A stretch of 64,000 nucleotides of DNA from Verrucomicrobiia bacterium (GCA_035495615.1 DATJFP010000083.1:23803-87802), one strand, 5' to 3'. Counted from the first letter of the stretch, positions 50,803 to 64,000 are shown. Notes: generated by a model from the sequence alone, not told the origin. Made by a program: numbers and translations.

Positions 50803-51674
50803 TCCCGAAGGAAATCCTCAAAAAAATCCGCCACATCGAGATCCGGACGACCCGGCTCGTGAACGACTTGTTCGGCGGGGAATACGTGTCGGTGTTCAAA
50901 GGGCAAGGCATCGAATTCGCGGACGTCCGCGAATACGTGCCGGGCGATGACATCCGCACGATCGACTGGAACGTGACCGCGCGCAGCGACCGCCCGTTCG
51001 TGAAAAAATTCGTGGAGGAGCGTGAATTAACCGTCATCTTCCTCGTCGACATGTCCGGATCGCAATACTTCGGCACCGGGCAGCGGCTGAAATCCGAAGT
51101 GGCGGCCGAAATTACGGCCCTGCTGGCGTTTTCCGCCGTCCAGAATCACGACAAAACGGGTTTGCTGATCAGCACGGATCAAGTCGAAAAATTTGTGCCC
51201 GTCAAAAAAGGGAAAACCCACGTGCTGCGCGTGGTGCGCGAAATCCTTTATTACCAGCCCAAAGGCAAGAAAACGCACCTGGCTTCGGCTTTCCAGTACC
51301 TGCACAACTTTTTGACGCGCATGTCCGTCATCTTCGTCATCTCCGACTTCCAGGACCAGGGGTTCGAGAAGCCTTTGAAGATTTTGAGCCAGCGGCACGA
51401 CGTCATCGCCATCCACCTCAAAGACCGCCGCGAAGAAGAAATGCCCAACGTGGGGCTGCTGGAGCTGGAAGACCGGGAAACGGGCGAAGTGGCGCTTGTC
51501 GATACTTCCGACAAGAATCTGCGCAAGAAATACCAGGAAGCGGCCCGGGTGCGAAACGAAAACCTGGCGCGCATGTTCAAGATGTTCCGCATCGACAAAA
51601 TCGAGATCGGCGCTGAAGGCTCCTATGTGGAACCCTTGATGAAATTTTTTAAACTACGGGAAAAGAGGACATGA
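50799..51674 (+). CDS. DUF58 domain protein (MoxR partner)
   Basis: EFADVREYVPGDDIRTIDWNVTAR...FVKKFVEERE is the DUF58 signature. ATGA overlap with moxR. Confidence 0.8.
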
Positions 51675-52648
51675 GCCGGAAGTTTTTTCTTTTGCTTGTT
51701 TTGGGTTTTGCACTGATGCGGGCCGCGGCAGCGGCTGAGCCCGCGAAAGCGCCTTCTTCCGCGCCGTCCCAGGCGGCTCCAGACGGGTCCATTTCCGTCA
51801 AGGCGGAGCTCGACAAGGCCTTCATCACGATCGGGGATCCGGTGCAGTACACGGTGACGATACGCCATGCGCCGGACGTCCTGGTCCTTTCGAACATTCC
51901 GTATCCGCCGGCGGACGTCTTCAAGATCAAAAAGATCGAGGAGTTTTCCAACGACGACGGCGGTTACAAAGTCGAAGGCAAAAAATTCAATCTCACCACC
52001 TTCCAGCTGGGCGAATTTATCCTGGATCCGATCGTCATTGAATACAGGGCTAAGGGGGCCGAGGTCCAGAAAATCCAGACCGCGCGCATTTTTCTGACCG
52101 TGAAGAGCGTGGCGGGCGACAAAGTGAAGACCGACATTCGGGGGATCAAGTCGATTGTTTCCATCCCGAAGCAAGTTCTGGGGCTGATTCTAGTTGGGCT
52201 TTTGGTCCTGGCGCTGCTTTTGATTCCCGTGATCCGGCGCTGGCTGCGGAAGCGGGCGCTTCAGCCCAAGGCGCCGGAGCGCATCCTGAGCGCGGAAGAG
52301 GCGGCTTTGGTGGAGCTCAACAAACTTTTTGATTCCGATTTGCTGCGGCTGGGCAAGATCAAAGATTATTATTTCCGCCTTTCGGAAATCCTGAGGATTT
52401 ATCTGGAAAAGCGCCACAACATCACGGCAATCGAGTCGACCACGTTCGAAATCCTGCAGCTGCTGAAGCAGAAGGACATTTCCGGCCAGCTGAGGAATAA
52501 GATCAAGGAAGTTCTGGAATTCGCGGACCTGGCCAAATTCGCCAAATGGCGCCCCGAGCCCGCGGAAGTGATTACATTCAATAAACGATCCAAGGAAATC
52601 ATCGAAGAATCTACCCCTGTGGAGCCCAAGCCATCTCATGGAGTTTAG
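51671..52648 (+). CDS. hypothetical single-pass membrane protein of the bat operon (DUF4381-like)
   Basis: Signal peptide, beta-rich extracytoplasmic domain, TM (VLGLILVGLLVLALLLIPVI), cytoplasmic helical domain ending ADLAKFAKWRPEP. Overlaps both neighbours. Confidence 0.6.
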   Translation: MSRKFFLLLVLGFALMRAAAAAEPAKAPSSAPSQAAPDGSISVKAELDKAFITIGDPVQYTVTIRHAPDVLVLSNIPYPPADVFKIKKIEEFSNDDGGYKVEGKKFNLTTFQLGEFILDPIVIEYRAKGAEVQKIQTARIFLTVKSVAGDKVKTDIRGIKSIVSIPKQVLGLILVGLLVLALLLIPVIRRWLRKRALQPKAPERILSAEEAALVELNKLFDSDLLRLGKIKDYYFRLSEILRIYLEKRHNITAIESTTFEILQLLKQKDISGQLRNKIKEVLEFADLAKFAKWRPEPAEVITFNKRSKEIIEESTPVEPKPSHGV

Positions 52649-53614
52649 GCATCCTTTTGTTTTTATCCTCGCGCTTCTGATTCCTCTCGTTTTCTTCTTC
52701 GCGAAGGGGAAGAGGCGGTCGCGCCTGCCGTTTTCGAATGTCCACTTTTTTCCTGGCCGTCCGCTCACGACGGGGATCGTTTTGTACCGCCTGATGCCTT
52801 GGGTCCGCGCCCTGGTCCTGCTGCTTTTCATCGCGGCCCTGGCAAGGCCCCAGCGGGTCAGCGCCGAGCGGGAGTATCAGACGAGCGGCGTGGACATCAT
52901 GATCTCCATGGACATTTCCGGTTCCATGCTTGCCGAGGATTTTAAACCCGAAAACCGCATGGGCGTCGGGAAGGAAGAGGCTATTAAATTCATCAAAGGC
53001 CGGGAGAATGACCGCATCGGCTTCGTTGTTTTTGCGCGCAAGGCTTTCACCCAGTGCCCGCTGACCCTGGACTACGACGTCCTGATCAACCTGATCGAGC
53101 AGGTGCATGTCGGCATGATTCCGGACGGCACGGCGGTCGGCATGGGGCTCGCCACGGCAGTCAACCGGCTGCGCGGCAGCGAAGCCAAAAGCAAGGTCAT
53201 CATTCTCATCACCGACGGCGAGAACAATGCCGGAAACATCGATCCCATTACCGCGGCGGAATTAGCCAAGACGTTCGGGATCCGCGTTTACACGATCTGC
53301 ATCGGCAGGGGGGGGCTGGTTCCCTTTCCCGTCAACGATCCGTTGTTTGGAAAAAGGTATGTCCAGGCCAACGTCGAGGTGGACGAAATGAGCCTGAAGC
53401 GCATCGCCGACATTACCGGAGGGCAATTTTTCCGCGCCCGCGATCCTGAGTCTCTCCACAGCATCTATCAGAAGATCGACTCGCTGGAAAAAACCGAGGT
53501 CAAAGTCAAAGAGTACCGGAGCTACGACGAATTCTTTCATTATTTTCTTTTCCCCGCGCTGACGCTGCTGCTGGCAGAGCTGTTCTTTTCGAACACCATC
53601 CTTTTGAAGGTGCC

Positions 53615-53618
<4 letters not shown>
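52638..53618 (+). CDS. BatA-like von Willebrand factor A membrane protein
   Basis: Two N-terminal TM helices, VWA MIDAS (DISGSM...TDGENN), C-terminal TM. Confidence 0.85.
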
Positions 53619-55705
<2,087 letters not shown>

Positions 55706-55729
55706 AAAACCGATTGCAAAGGAGATGCT

Positions 55730-56176
55730 ATGGGCCTGGAAACAACGATTGAGCAGGATTTGATCAGCGCCATGAAAGCCAAAGACGCGGACAAGCTCAT
55801 GGTTTTGCGCATGCTCAAGACCGCGATCATGAACAGCAAAATCCAGAAGAAAAAAGAAGATCTCGACGAAAACGAAATCCTGGAGGTCATCCAGAAACAG
55901 GCCAAGCAGCGCCAGGAAAGCATGGATAGCTATAAAAGCGCCGGCCGCCAGGACCTTTTCGCCAAAGAAGAAAAAGAATACGCCATCCTCAAGACTTATC
56001 TGCCGGCTCAGCTGTCAGACGAGGAAATCAAGGCTTTGGTCCAGAAGGCCATGGCTTCGACCGGCGCCAAGACCAAAGCCGACACAGGTCGTTTGATGAA
56101 AGAATTGATGCCCGCTGTAAAAGGTAAGGCCGACGGCAAGCGCGTGAACGAGATCGTTTCCAGCCTTCTTAGCTGA
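55730..56176 (+). CDS. yqeY: GatB/YqeY domain protein
   Basis: LISAMKAKDADKL..LRMLKTAI...QRQESMDSYKSAGRQDL...EYAIL. Confidence 0.8.
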   Translation: MGLETTIEQDLISAMKAKDADKLMVLRMLKTAIMNSKIQKKKEDLDENEILEVIQKQAKQRQESMDSYKSAGRQDLFAKEEKEYAILKTYLPAQLSDEEIKALVQKAMASTGAKTKADTGRLMKELMPAVKGKADGKRVNEIVSSLLS

Positions 56177-56315
56177 TCTTTTTGCTCCTCATTTCCGAGC
56201 CTATTCTTCCCAAGATAAACTTTACATAACATACATTATAGGACGTTAAAAGTGCGCGCGAAGAAAGGATTCTGGGGCGCGATTTGACGGATTGCAAAGC
56301 TGGCTGAGTTGGGTT

Positions 56316-57338
56316 TTAACGCGGCTGAAGTGTGCCGGTGCTGCGCTGCAAGGCTTCTTCGGCCAGGCCCACTACCGCTTCCGCATGAATGCAGGGATTG
56401 CAATCAAACGGATGATAAAGCGCGGGATGCAGGCGCGCATTGAGCGGCGCCCAGCGGTTGGCATCGGACCCAAGCATGACGACAATGCTGGGCACTTGCA
56501 GGGCCGAAGCCAGATGTGACACCCCGGTGTCGTTGCAGACCAGGAGCTGGGCGTTTTTCAGCAGCATGGCCAGGATCCCCAGGGATGTCTTTCCCGCGAG
56601 ATTCCGTGAGGGGCTGCGCATCTTGGTCTGAATGGCCTCAATAAGCGGTTTTTCTTCGGCGATTCCCGTGAACACGACTTTGCAGCCCAAATCCCCTATT
56701 TTATCCGCCACAAACGCGAATTTATCCCCAGGCCAGCGCCGCGAGGGCAACCGGGCTCCCGGATGGATGCAGACGTATTCTTCCGCTAAATCCGCCTCAG
56801 ATTCGACAAGCCTGGCGAAGGCTTCGCCGTCTTCGAGCGTAATCGGGAATTCGAGGCCGTCACCGTATAAGGGCAGTTCGAGGAGCTCGACAAGCCTCAA
56901 AAGTTTCCAGATCTCCGGATCTTTTTCGGGAAACGGGATGAAGAGTTTTCCAGGGCTGGAATCTCCTGAGCGGAAAAAGCCTGCCGTAAGAGCCGCGCCA
57001 AACTCCGACACGAGCGCGTTCGCGGAAGAAACGCTGCCGTGCATCTGGATTGCCAGATCAAAACGCCGGCCTTGGACCGCGTTCAAAAAAGAAACGAGCG
57101 CCGCGGCACTCAGCTTGGAATTGCGCCCCGGAAACCCTGGAAATTCGACGAAGTCGTCGATGTAGTCGCTGAACCGTTCCGCGAATTCCCTTGCGCCGGG
57201 AAGCCCTGCCAGCGTGATCGAAGCATGGGGAAAGCCGTGCCGTAAGGCCCTCATGGCCGGGACCGCACAAAGCAGGTCCCCAAGCGGCAAAGCGCGGAAC
57301 AGGATGATCGACTGGATGGATTCGCGGTCTAATTTCAT
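56316..57338 (-). CDS. family 9 glycosyltransferase (heptosyltransferase-like)
   Basis: MKLDRESIQSIILFRALPLGDLLCAVPAMRAL N-terminus, C-terminal GNDTGVSHLASAL motif. Start set at the internal Met; the track ORF extends to 57470. Confidence 0.75.
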   Translation of the reverse strand: MKLDRESIQSIILFRALPLGDLLCAVPAMRALRHGFPHASITLAGLPGAREFAERFSDYIDDFVEFPGFPGRNSKLSAAALVSFLNAVQGRRFDLAIQMHGSVSSANALVSEFGAALTAGFFRSGDSSPGKLFIPFPEKDPEIWKLLRLVELLELPLYGDGLEFPITLEDGEAFARLVESEADLAEEYVCIHPGARLPSRRWPGDKFAFVADKIGDLGCKVVFTGIAEEKPLIEAIQTKMRSPSRNLAGKTSLGILAMLLKNAQLLVCNDTGVSHLASALQVPSIVVMLGSDANRWAPLNARLHPALYHPFDCNPCIHAEAVVGLAEEALQRSTGTLQPR

Positions 57339-57448
57339 GAGGCCCCCCTGCGGTGATGATGCATTAAAACAAGGGGCTAAATTAGCGGATTCGTGCCGGA
57401 GAGATAATCGGGAAAACCCAGGTTTTTTTATCGTGGTTTCCCCGAGGC

Positions 57449-57483
57449 AAAAAAAAAGAGCAGGGCGCATGCACGCCCTGCTC
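57449..57483 (-). terminator. rho-independent terminator for gap (minus strand)
   Basis: On the minus strand: GAGCAGGGCGtgcatgCGCCCTGCTC followed by TTTTTTTTT (forward A-run 57449-57457). Confidence 0.6.
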
Positions 57484-57506
57484 TATCGGAAAAGCCTGAA
57501 AATTTC

Positions 57507-58616
<1,110 letters not shown>

Positions 58617-58632
58617 TTAAATAGAGTCTAAA

Positions 58633-58660
58633 ATTATAGAGACTTTCGCCTCTCTGTCAA
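58633..58660 (-). promoter_or_regulatory. consensus sigma-70 promoter TTGACA-N16-TATAAT (minus strand) driving gap, overlapping the GT4 stop codon
   Basis: Minus-strand reading gives ttgaca gagaggcgaaagtctc tataat (forward 58655-58660 and 58633-58638). It lies about 115 bp upstream of the gap start. Confidence 0.55.
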
Positions 58661-59758
58661 GACCTCGTTATAGACGTCCGAGATCTCCCGGGCCATGCGC
58701 GGGATGTTGAAATTTTCGATGACGATCCGCCGGGCGGCCTCGCCGATCGCTTTTCTCAAGTCATTGTCATGAAAGAGCATCTCGATGGCTCCAGCGAGGA
58801 CGTCCACACGCTTGGGCTCGACCAGGATGCCGGTTTTGCGGTCTTCGATCAGCGAATTCAGCGCCCAGATGTTGGTCACGATGACGGGCTTGGCGCAGGC
58901 CATGGCTTCGACGATGCTCAGCCCGAAGCCTTCCCGCCACGTGGCCGGAAACGCGAAAATATCCATGGCGGCAAGCGCCCGCGGCACGTCCGTCAAATTG
59001 CCCGTGAAATGCACGTTTTTTTGGAGATCGAGGCTCACGGCAAGGCGCTCCAGGGGCATCCGCTCGCGCCCGTCCCCGACGATCAAGAGCCGCACGTCGG
59101 GAATGCGTCCGAGCAGCGACTGCGCCGCGCGAATCAGGTATTCGTGTCCTTTGTCGTTTACCAGGCGCGCCACGATGCCCACGACCTTATCGCGGGGATC
59201 CAGGCCGAAACTCTTTTTGGCTTCGGCAGCATTTAATTTTTGGTACTGCTCGTCGAGCAGTTCGACGTCGACCCCGTTGTTGACGATGCGGATTTTTTCG
59301 CGCGGTACCCCAAATCCCTGAGCAAGGCTTTTCCCCACGGGTTCGCTGATGGCAATGGCGCGAGATCCCCATGCGGGAAACAGGATGCGGCCGAGGCGTC
59401 TTTTGTAAAATCCATGGCAGGTCGTGACTACCGGAACTCCGCTGAGGACCGAGGCGCAGGCCGCGAGCACCTGAGCGACACGCGTGTGAGCGTGAATGAG
59501 ATCGTATTTTTCCTCGCGTAAAATTTTGACGAGGCGCGGCAGCGCGAAGACGAGCTTGGGACTGAGCTCGCTCTTGGTCTTGATGTTCAGTTCATGAAAG
59601 ACGCATTTTTTTTCGAGAAACAGCGGGACATATTCTCCGCCGCTGGACGCGAGCGCGGTGTCCCATCCGTTTTTGCGCAGGGCCTCGACCAGCCTGAGGA
59701 TGTAAATCGTGATGCCGCCGGAATTCAGATGGGTCGTGAGGTGCAGGGCCTTTTTCAT
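58634..59758 (-). CDS. family 4 glycosyltransferase (GT-B, glycosyl transferases group 1)
   Basis: GGITIYILRLVEAL...HAHTR...EGFGLSIVEAMACAKPVIVT (E-x7-E region). Confidence 0.85.
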   Translation of the reverse strand: MKKALHLTTHLNSGGITIYILRLVEALRKNGWDTALASSGGEYVPLFLEKKCVFHELNIKTKSELSPKLVFALPRLVKILREEKYDLIHAHTRVAQVLAACASVLSGVPVVTTCHGFYKRRLGRILFPAWGSRAIAISEPVGKSLAQGFGVPREKIRIVNNGVDVELLDEQYQKLNAAEAKKSFGLDPRDKVVGIVARLVNDKGHEYLIRAAQSLLGRIPDVRLLIVGDGRERMPLERLAVSLDLQKNVHFTGNLTDVPRALAAMDIFAFPATWREGFGLSIVEAMACAKPVIVTNIWALNSLIEDRKTGILVEPKRVDVLAGAIEMLFHDNDLRKAIGEAARRIVIENFNIPRMAREISDVYNEVLTERRKSL

Positions 59759-59760
59759 GG

Positions 59761-60696
59761 TCAGGAGTGAAAAACGTGGCCCGGCTTCAGGCGCCTGCCG
59801 TTGGCGTAATCTGCGCCGCTCATGGGCTTTTTTCCTTCCGGCTGGACCTGGCGGAGTTTCAGGCGGCCGCTTTCGGTGGCCACGCAGAGCGAACGGTCGG
59901 ATTCGATTTTAACCAGCGTTCCGGGAGCCGCGGCTTCCCCTGCCGGCTCAACGTCGGTTTCGAGGATTCCCAGCCGGCCGCCTTCGATCATGACGTAAGT
60001 TCCCGGCCAGGGCTTCAGCGCGCGCACTTTGCGGTCCAGGACTTCCGCGCTCTCATCAAAGCGCAGCAGGCCGTCTTCCCGCGTCAGTTTTCGCGCGTAG
60101 ACCGCTTCGCTTTCCTTCTGAACGCAGCGCTGCAGCGGTTCCTTGTCGATGTTTTTCAGCATCGAACGCAGCATCTGCCGTGAGAGGTCCGAGAGTTTTT
60201 TTTCGAGTGACAGATGGTCCTCGCGCGGGTCGATCGGGATCCTGACCTGCGCAAAGATGTCGCCGCCGTCGAGCTTCTTGGCCACTTCGATGATCGAAAC
60301 GCCTGTTTCCGTGTCGCCGTTGAGAAGCGCCCACTGAATCGGGCCGCTGCCGCGATAGCGCGGCACAAGCGACGGATGAATGTTGAGCGGCGCGATTTTC
60401 GGAACTGATAAATAAGCCGAGGGAATGTATTTGCCGTAGGATGAGACTACGAAGAGTTCCGGATCGAGCTGCTTGATCTGCTCCAGCACCGCGGAATCTT
60501 TCAGATCGGGAGGCGCGATGACCGGGATGTTTTTTGAGCGCGCAAAAATTTCGACCGGAGAAGGCGAAAGCACGAGCCCCCTGCCTTTTTTCTGCGGCGG
60601 GGTCGTGACCACCAGCGCGACCGGATGCGGGCTTTCAAGGCATGCGTTCAAGGCCGCCAGGGAAAATTCGTCGGAACCGAAGAAGACAAGACTCAT
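59761..60696 (-). CDS. fmt: methionyl-tRNA formyltransferase
   Basis: LVFFGSDEFSLAAL...NIHPSLVPRYRGSGPIQWALLNGD. Confidence 0.95.
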   Translation of the reverse strand: MSLVFFGSDEFSLAALNACLESPHPVALVVTTPPQKKGRGLVLSPSPVEIFARSKNIPVIAPPDLKDSAVLEQIKQLDPELFVVSSYGKYIPSAYLSVPKIAPLNIHPSLVPRYRGSGPIQWALLNGDTETGVSIIEVAKKLDGGDIFAQVRIPIDPREDHLSLEKKLSDLSRQMLRSMLKNIDKEPLQRCVQKESEAVYARKLTREDGLLRFDESAEVLDRKVRALKPWPGTYVMIEGGRLGILETDVEPAGEAAAPGTLVKIESDRSLCVATESGRLKLRQVQPEGKKPMSGADYANGRRLKPGHVFHS

Positions 60697-61193
60697 TAAT
60701 CTTGCGCTTGCTGCTGGTATTGGGAAAGAAGTTTCATGCGCTGGTTGAAATCAACGCGGTCGATAAGCGTGATACCGTCCAGATGGTCCATCTCGTGCTG
60801 GATGACACGGGCAAAGAAGTCTTTGAGCTCGCGGTCCACGGGCTTGCCCTCGCGGTCCTGGTAACGGACGCGGATGCGCGTCGCGCGCATCACTTCCGCG
60901 GTAAGGCCCGGAAAGCTCAGGCATCCCTCGGGGCCGATTTCCTGGCCGCGGGATTCATAAATGACCGGATTGACCACCACTTCCTCCTCTCCCCTCTTGG
61001 CGCGCGGGGAGACGATGAGAATCCGCTGGGAGATCCCGACTTGAGGAGCCGCAAGCCCAACGCCATCTTCATGATACATCGTATCGACCAGGTCATCGAA
61101 GAGCTTCTGCTCCCGGGGGCCAAAACTTTCCAGAGGAAGGGCCTGTTGGGTGAGAACGGGATTTGGGTAGATCAGCACTTTGAGCAGGGCCAT
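60696..61193 (-). CDS. def: peptide deformylase
   Basis: GVGLAAPQVG, EGCLSFPG, HEMDHLDG motifs. Confidence 0.95.
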   Translation of the reverse strand: MALLKVLIYPNPVLTQQALPLESFGPREQKLFDDLVDTMYHEDGVGLAAPQVGISQRILIVSPRAKRGEEEVVVNPVIYESRGQEIGPEGCLSFPGLTAEVMRATRIRVRYQDREGKPVDRELKDFFARVIQHEMDHLDGITLIDRVDFNQRMKLLSQYQQQAQD

Positions 61194-61245
61194 GAGAACC
61201 TCAAAGATATTGTAACATGAGGCAGGGTGTGAAGTTAGTCATTTT

Positions 61246-61989
61246 TTACCGCGGTGAGGCCATGGTCCGCGCCTTCCAGAGCTTCACGTGAAGGTAATAT
61301 GCGGAAAGCGCCTCGAACTTGAGGCCGGCCCAGCCGTCGAGAAATCCCCTTTTGAGAAAGGTGAAGAAAATAAACCGGAGTCCGGGCCAAAGCGCGATTT
61401 TCCAAAGCGGCGGGCGGCCTTTTTTTTTCCGGTATTCCGCGGCGTCCAAATCCGTGTAGAGATCAAACTTTGCAAAATAAGCCTGCGTGTCGCGGGTGGA
61501 GTGGTGCAGGAGCGGCGCCTGGATTCTGCCGCAGGGGCCGTCCGGCAGGATCCGCTCATGGACGCTTCCTTGAAATTGGCCGTGCCCCCGGCGGATCAGG
61601 CGGACCTGATAATCGTCCGCGTTGGAGCCATGGCGCAGCAGTTTGCCGAAAATCACGTTCTCCCGCTTGATCGCGAAAGCCACGTCGCTGCCCGGCGCCT
61701 TGATTTTTTGCTGCACGGCCGCGGCGAGCTCGGGACTTACCCGTTCGTCTGCGTCCATCTGCAATATCCAATCCCCCTGAGCGAAGCTCATGGCGTAATT
61801 TTTCTGGTCCGCGAAATTCGTCAAAGGACGCGTGACAAACCGCGCCTTGAACGAAGCCGCGATCTGCGGGGTCTTGTCCGTGCTTCCGGAATCCACAATG
61901 ATGATCTCGTCGGCAAAAGGCGCGGACTTCAGGCACTCCGGCAGCCGCGCTTCTTCGTTTCTCGCGATGAGCACCAGGCTGAGTTTCAT
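61246..61989 (-). CDS. family 2 glycosyltransferase (WaaE/KdtX-like)
   Basis: MKLSLVLIARNEEARLPECLKS...IIIVDSGSTDKT...DADE. Start set at the internal Met (forward cat at 61987-61989); the longer track ORF is an artefactual extension. Confidence 0.85.
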   Translation of the reverse strand: MKLSLVLIARNEEARLPECLKSAPFADEIIIVDSGSTDKTPQIAASFKARFVTRPLTNFADQKNYAMSFAQGDWILQMDADERVSPELAAAVQQKIKAPGSDVAFAIKRENVIFGKLLRHGSNADDYQVRLIRRGHGQFQGSVHERILPDGPCGRIQAPLLHHSTRDTQAYFAKFDLYTDLDAAEYRKKKGRPPLWKIALWPGLRFIFFTFLKRGFLDGWAGLKFEALSAYYLHVKLWKARTMASPR

Positions 61990-62933
61990 GAAGGCGCTCC
62001 GGTTAATTTCAAGATCTCGCGGTCGCTGAGCACCGCGCCCTCCTGCGCGCCGCGGCGCCTTTCCATCGCTTCGCTCAAACGGCCCAGCGCCTCCATGAGG
62101 CCGGCCCCGAAAGCCAGGTCGCCGCGCACAAGCGACCATGCGAGGCGCGGAAGAAGCAGAAGCGCGTGTTCGGCCAGGAGCGTGAAGTCCGAAAGGTTCT
62201 TCCACATGAAAAGAAACGTATGACAGCAGGCCATTTTCCGGACGCGGTACGCGCCGAACGCCGGCTGGAAACTGGCCTGACCTTTGTGATACGCCATGCT
62301 TTCGCGCACCAGATAGCCTCTCCATCCCCGCTTCCATCCGCGGTAACAAAGGTCCAGGTCTTCGAGAATACCGGGGAGAAAAAGGCGGTCGAAACCTCCG
62401 AGCGCGAGAAACCGATCGCGGCGTACGGCGATGGCGGCCCCGATGCTTGCAGTAAGGAGCGGTGTCCCGTCCGCGGGCAAGGGCGGCATCACGGACCGCG
62501 TGCCCATGATCCCCGCGCGGTTCATAAGCCGCGAAAGCCCGCCTTCGTAATGTTGGCCCGAGAAATCCCAGCAAAGCGGGCTGGCGAAAAAGGCGTCCTC
62601 GTTTTTTTCGAAGAGCGTGATGAGCGGCGCGAGGAAATCGGGATCCACCTTGATGTCGTTGTTCAGGAGGAGCGCAACGTCACCCGTGTCGGCCGCAACG
62701 TAGGCATTGAACGAGCACAGGAAATCGTTGGCCTCGGCCACGGAAATTTCAAACGTGGGAAAGTTTTCGCGGACAAAGGAAACGCTTGCGTCCGTGCTGC
62801 GGTTGTCGATCACCACGAGCCGCACCGGCACCGGCGAGCGGCGGCCGGCTTCGACGAGCGATGGAAGGCATTCCCGCATAAGCGCGATACCGTTGTAATT
62901 CAATACGAATATGGAAACGCGGTTTATTTTCAT
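61986..62933 (-). CDS. family 2 glycosyltransferase
   Basis: SIFVLNYNGIALMRECLPSL...VVIDNRSTDAS...NNDIKV. ATGA overlap with the downstream GT2 gene; starts 1 nt after the priA stop. Confidence 0.8.
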   Translation of the reverse strand: MKINRVSIFVLNYNGIALMRECLPSLVEAGRRSPVPVRLVVIDNRSTDASVSFVRENFPTFEISVAEANDFLCSFNAYVAADTGDVALLLNNDIKVDPDFLAPLITLFEKNEDAFFASPLCWDFSGQHYEGGLSRLMNRAGIMGTRSVMPPLPADGTPLLTASIGAAIAVRRDRFLALGGFDRLFLPGILEDLDLCYRGWKRGWRGYLVRESMAYHKGQASFQPAFGAYRVRKMACCHTFLFMWKNLSDFTLLAEHALLLLPRLAWSLVRGDLAFGAGLMEALGRLSEAMERRRGAQEGAVLSDREILKLTGAPS

Positions 62934-62934
62934 C

Positions 62935-64000
62935 TCAGAGGATGTTCAAAGGATCAACGTCGACGGCCACGGCCACCGCGGACGGTTTTTTGATTTTAGA
63001 CAGCGCCTGCAGCACCGTAGGCACGAGGTCCTCGCCCAGGCCGCATTTCATCATGACATGCCACCGAAAATGGCCGCGCAGTTTGTAAAACGGAAGCGGC
63101 GCCGGACCCAGGATCGCACGGCTCAAGCCGGGATGGGCGGCGCAGAGCGTCTCTTTCAGGTCACGGGCGAACTGCGCCGTCTTCTTTTCATCTTTCCCGC
63201 GCACGATGACATTGACCAGTTTGCAGAAAGGCGGATAGCTGAGCGACTGGCGTTCCTTGGCCTCATGCTGGAAGAACGACAGATAATCATGGGTACGCGA
63301 AAAATCGACGCTGGGATGCTTCGGAGAAAAAGTCTGAATGATAACGCGGCCGGGCTTGCGGCCGCGGCCCGCGCGTCCGGCCACCTGCGTCAGGAGCTGG
63401 AACGTTTTTTCCGCGGAACGAAAATCCGGCAGCATGAGTCCCACGTCGGCCAGGATCACGCCCACAAGCGTGACATGCGGGAAATCAAAGCCTTTGGCGA
63501 TCATCTGGGTGCCGATGAGGATGTCCGCTTTTTGATCGCGGAAATCTTTGAGAATCACTTCGTGTGATCCTTTTTTCTGCACCGTGTCGGCATCCAGGCG
63601 CAAAAGCCGTGCCGTGGGAAACCGGCGCGCCACTTCGCTTTCGACTTTTTCCGTGCCGAAACCCCGGAACTGAAGAACGGGCTGGCCGCATTGCGAGCAG
63701 GGCCGGTCCGCGGCGCGCTGATAATTACAGTAATGGCAGAGAAGGACGTCTTTTTCCTGGTGGTGCGTGAGCGCCACCTGGCAGGAGGGACAGGTTTCCG
63801 CGTTGCCGCAGCCCGGGCATTGCACGTGCGTGGAAAAGCCCCGGCGGTTGAGGAGCAGCAGCGTGCCCTCCCCTGCCTTCAGATTTTTTTCGATTTCCCG
63901 TTCGAGATGATGCGACAGGATGACGTTGCGCTTCATCGTGGCCATTTCTTCTTTCAGGTCCACGACAAGGACATCGGGCAGCTTTTTGTCGTCCACGCGC
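62935..64000 (-). CDS. priA: primosomal protein N' (PriA), 3' portion; gene continues beyond the window
   Basis: C-terminal half with helicase C motifs (QTFSPKHP, QVAGRAGRG) and the Cys4-Cys4 zinc-binding region (CPGCGNAETCPSC...CHYCNY...CSQCG). Open to the window edge. Confidence 0.9.
   Translation of the reverse strand, partial: RVDDKKLPDVLVVDLKEEMATMKRNVILSHHLEREIEKNLKAGEGTLLLLNRRGFSTHVQCPGCGNAETCPSCQVALTHHQEKDVLLCHYCNYQRAADRPCSQCGQPVLQFRGFGTEKVESEVARRFPTARLLRLDADTVQKKGSHEVILKDFRDQKADILIGTQMIAKGFDFPHVTLVGVILADVGLMLPDFRSAEKTFQLLTQVAGRAGRGRKPGRVIIQTFSPKHPSVDFSRTHDYLSFFQHEAKERQSLSYPPFCKLVNVIVRGKDEKKTAQFARDLKETLCAAHPGLSRAILGPAPLPFYKLRGHFRWHVMMKCGLGEDLVPTVLQALSKIKKPSAVAVAVDVDPLNIL

Noticed and set aside
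61246-62574. 442-aa version of the GT2 gene with an Arg/Pro-rich N-terminal 195 residues
   Set aside because: The N-terminal part overlaps the upstream GT2 gene out of frame and is low complexity. The true start is the internal Met (MKLSLVLIARNEE) at 61989.

Overview
This 64-kb window is from a GC-rich (about 60% GC) bacterial chromosome with Gram-negative features: PEP-CTERM/exosortase, GT9 heptosyltransferase-like and bat genes. It is densely coding (about 64 CDS). I found no rRNA, tRNA, CRISPR array or mobile element by eye. Many long antisense ORFs in the six-frame track are GC-artifacts.

Plus strand, 1-56176:
- An exosortase/PEP-CTERM exopolysaccharide locus at about 1-13158. It contains a partial glycoside-hydrolase-like gene, a metallophosphoesterase, a CE4 deacetylase, a GT2 synthase, and an exosortase with EpsI. 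These are followed by a 400-bp AT-rich control region with a sigma-54-type promoter and repeats, then a priming sugar transferase. Next come two PEP-CTERM proteins flanking an unknown polytopic membrane protein, a TPR lipoprotein, a soluble GAF histidine kinase and a sigma-54-dependent response regulator.
- Conserved housekeeping arrays: pgk-tpiA-secG, recG, rsmD-coaD, yceD-rpmF-plsX-fabH-fabD-fabG-acpP-fabF, smc, pgsA-plsY.
- A PC4-like small protein, then recA-recX-alaS.
- A fused hisD-hisB-hisH-hisA-(unknown membrane ORF)-hisF-hisI-trpE-trpG-trpD-trpC-trpF run.
- A second PAS histidine kinase/sigma-54 regulator pair, an orphan dnaK, a MoxR-DUF58-X-BatA-BatB operon whose last gene carries a 21-residue polyQ tract, and yqeY.

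Minus strand, 56316-64000: GT9, gap, GT4, fmt, def, two GT2 genes and the 3' part of priA.

The strongest candidate for something new is the exosortase/PEP-CTERM module, with its non-canonical accessory genes and AT-rich sigma-54 control region. Second is the MoxR/VWA operon with the polyQ protein. All families involved are known; the particular arrangements may not be.
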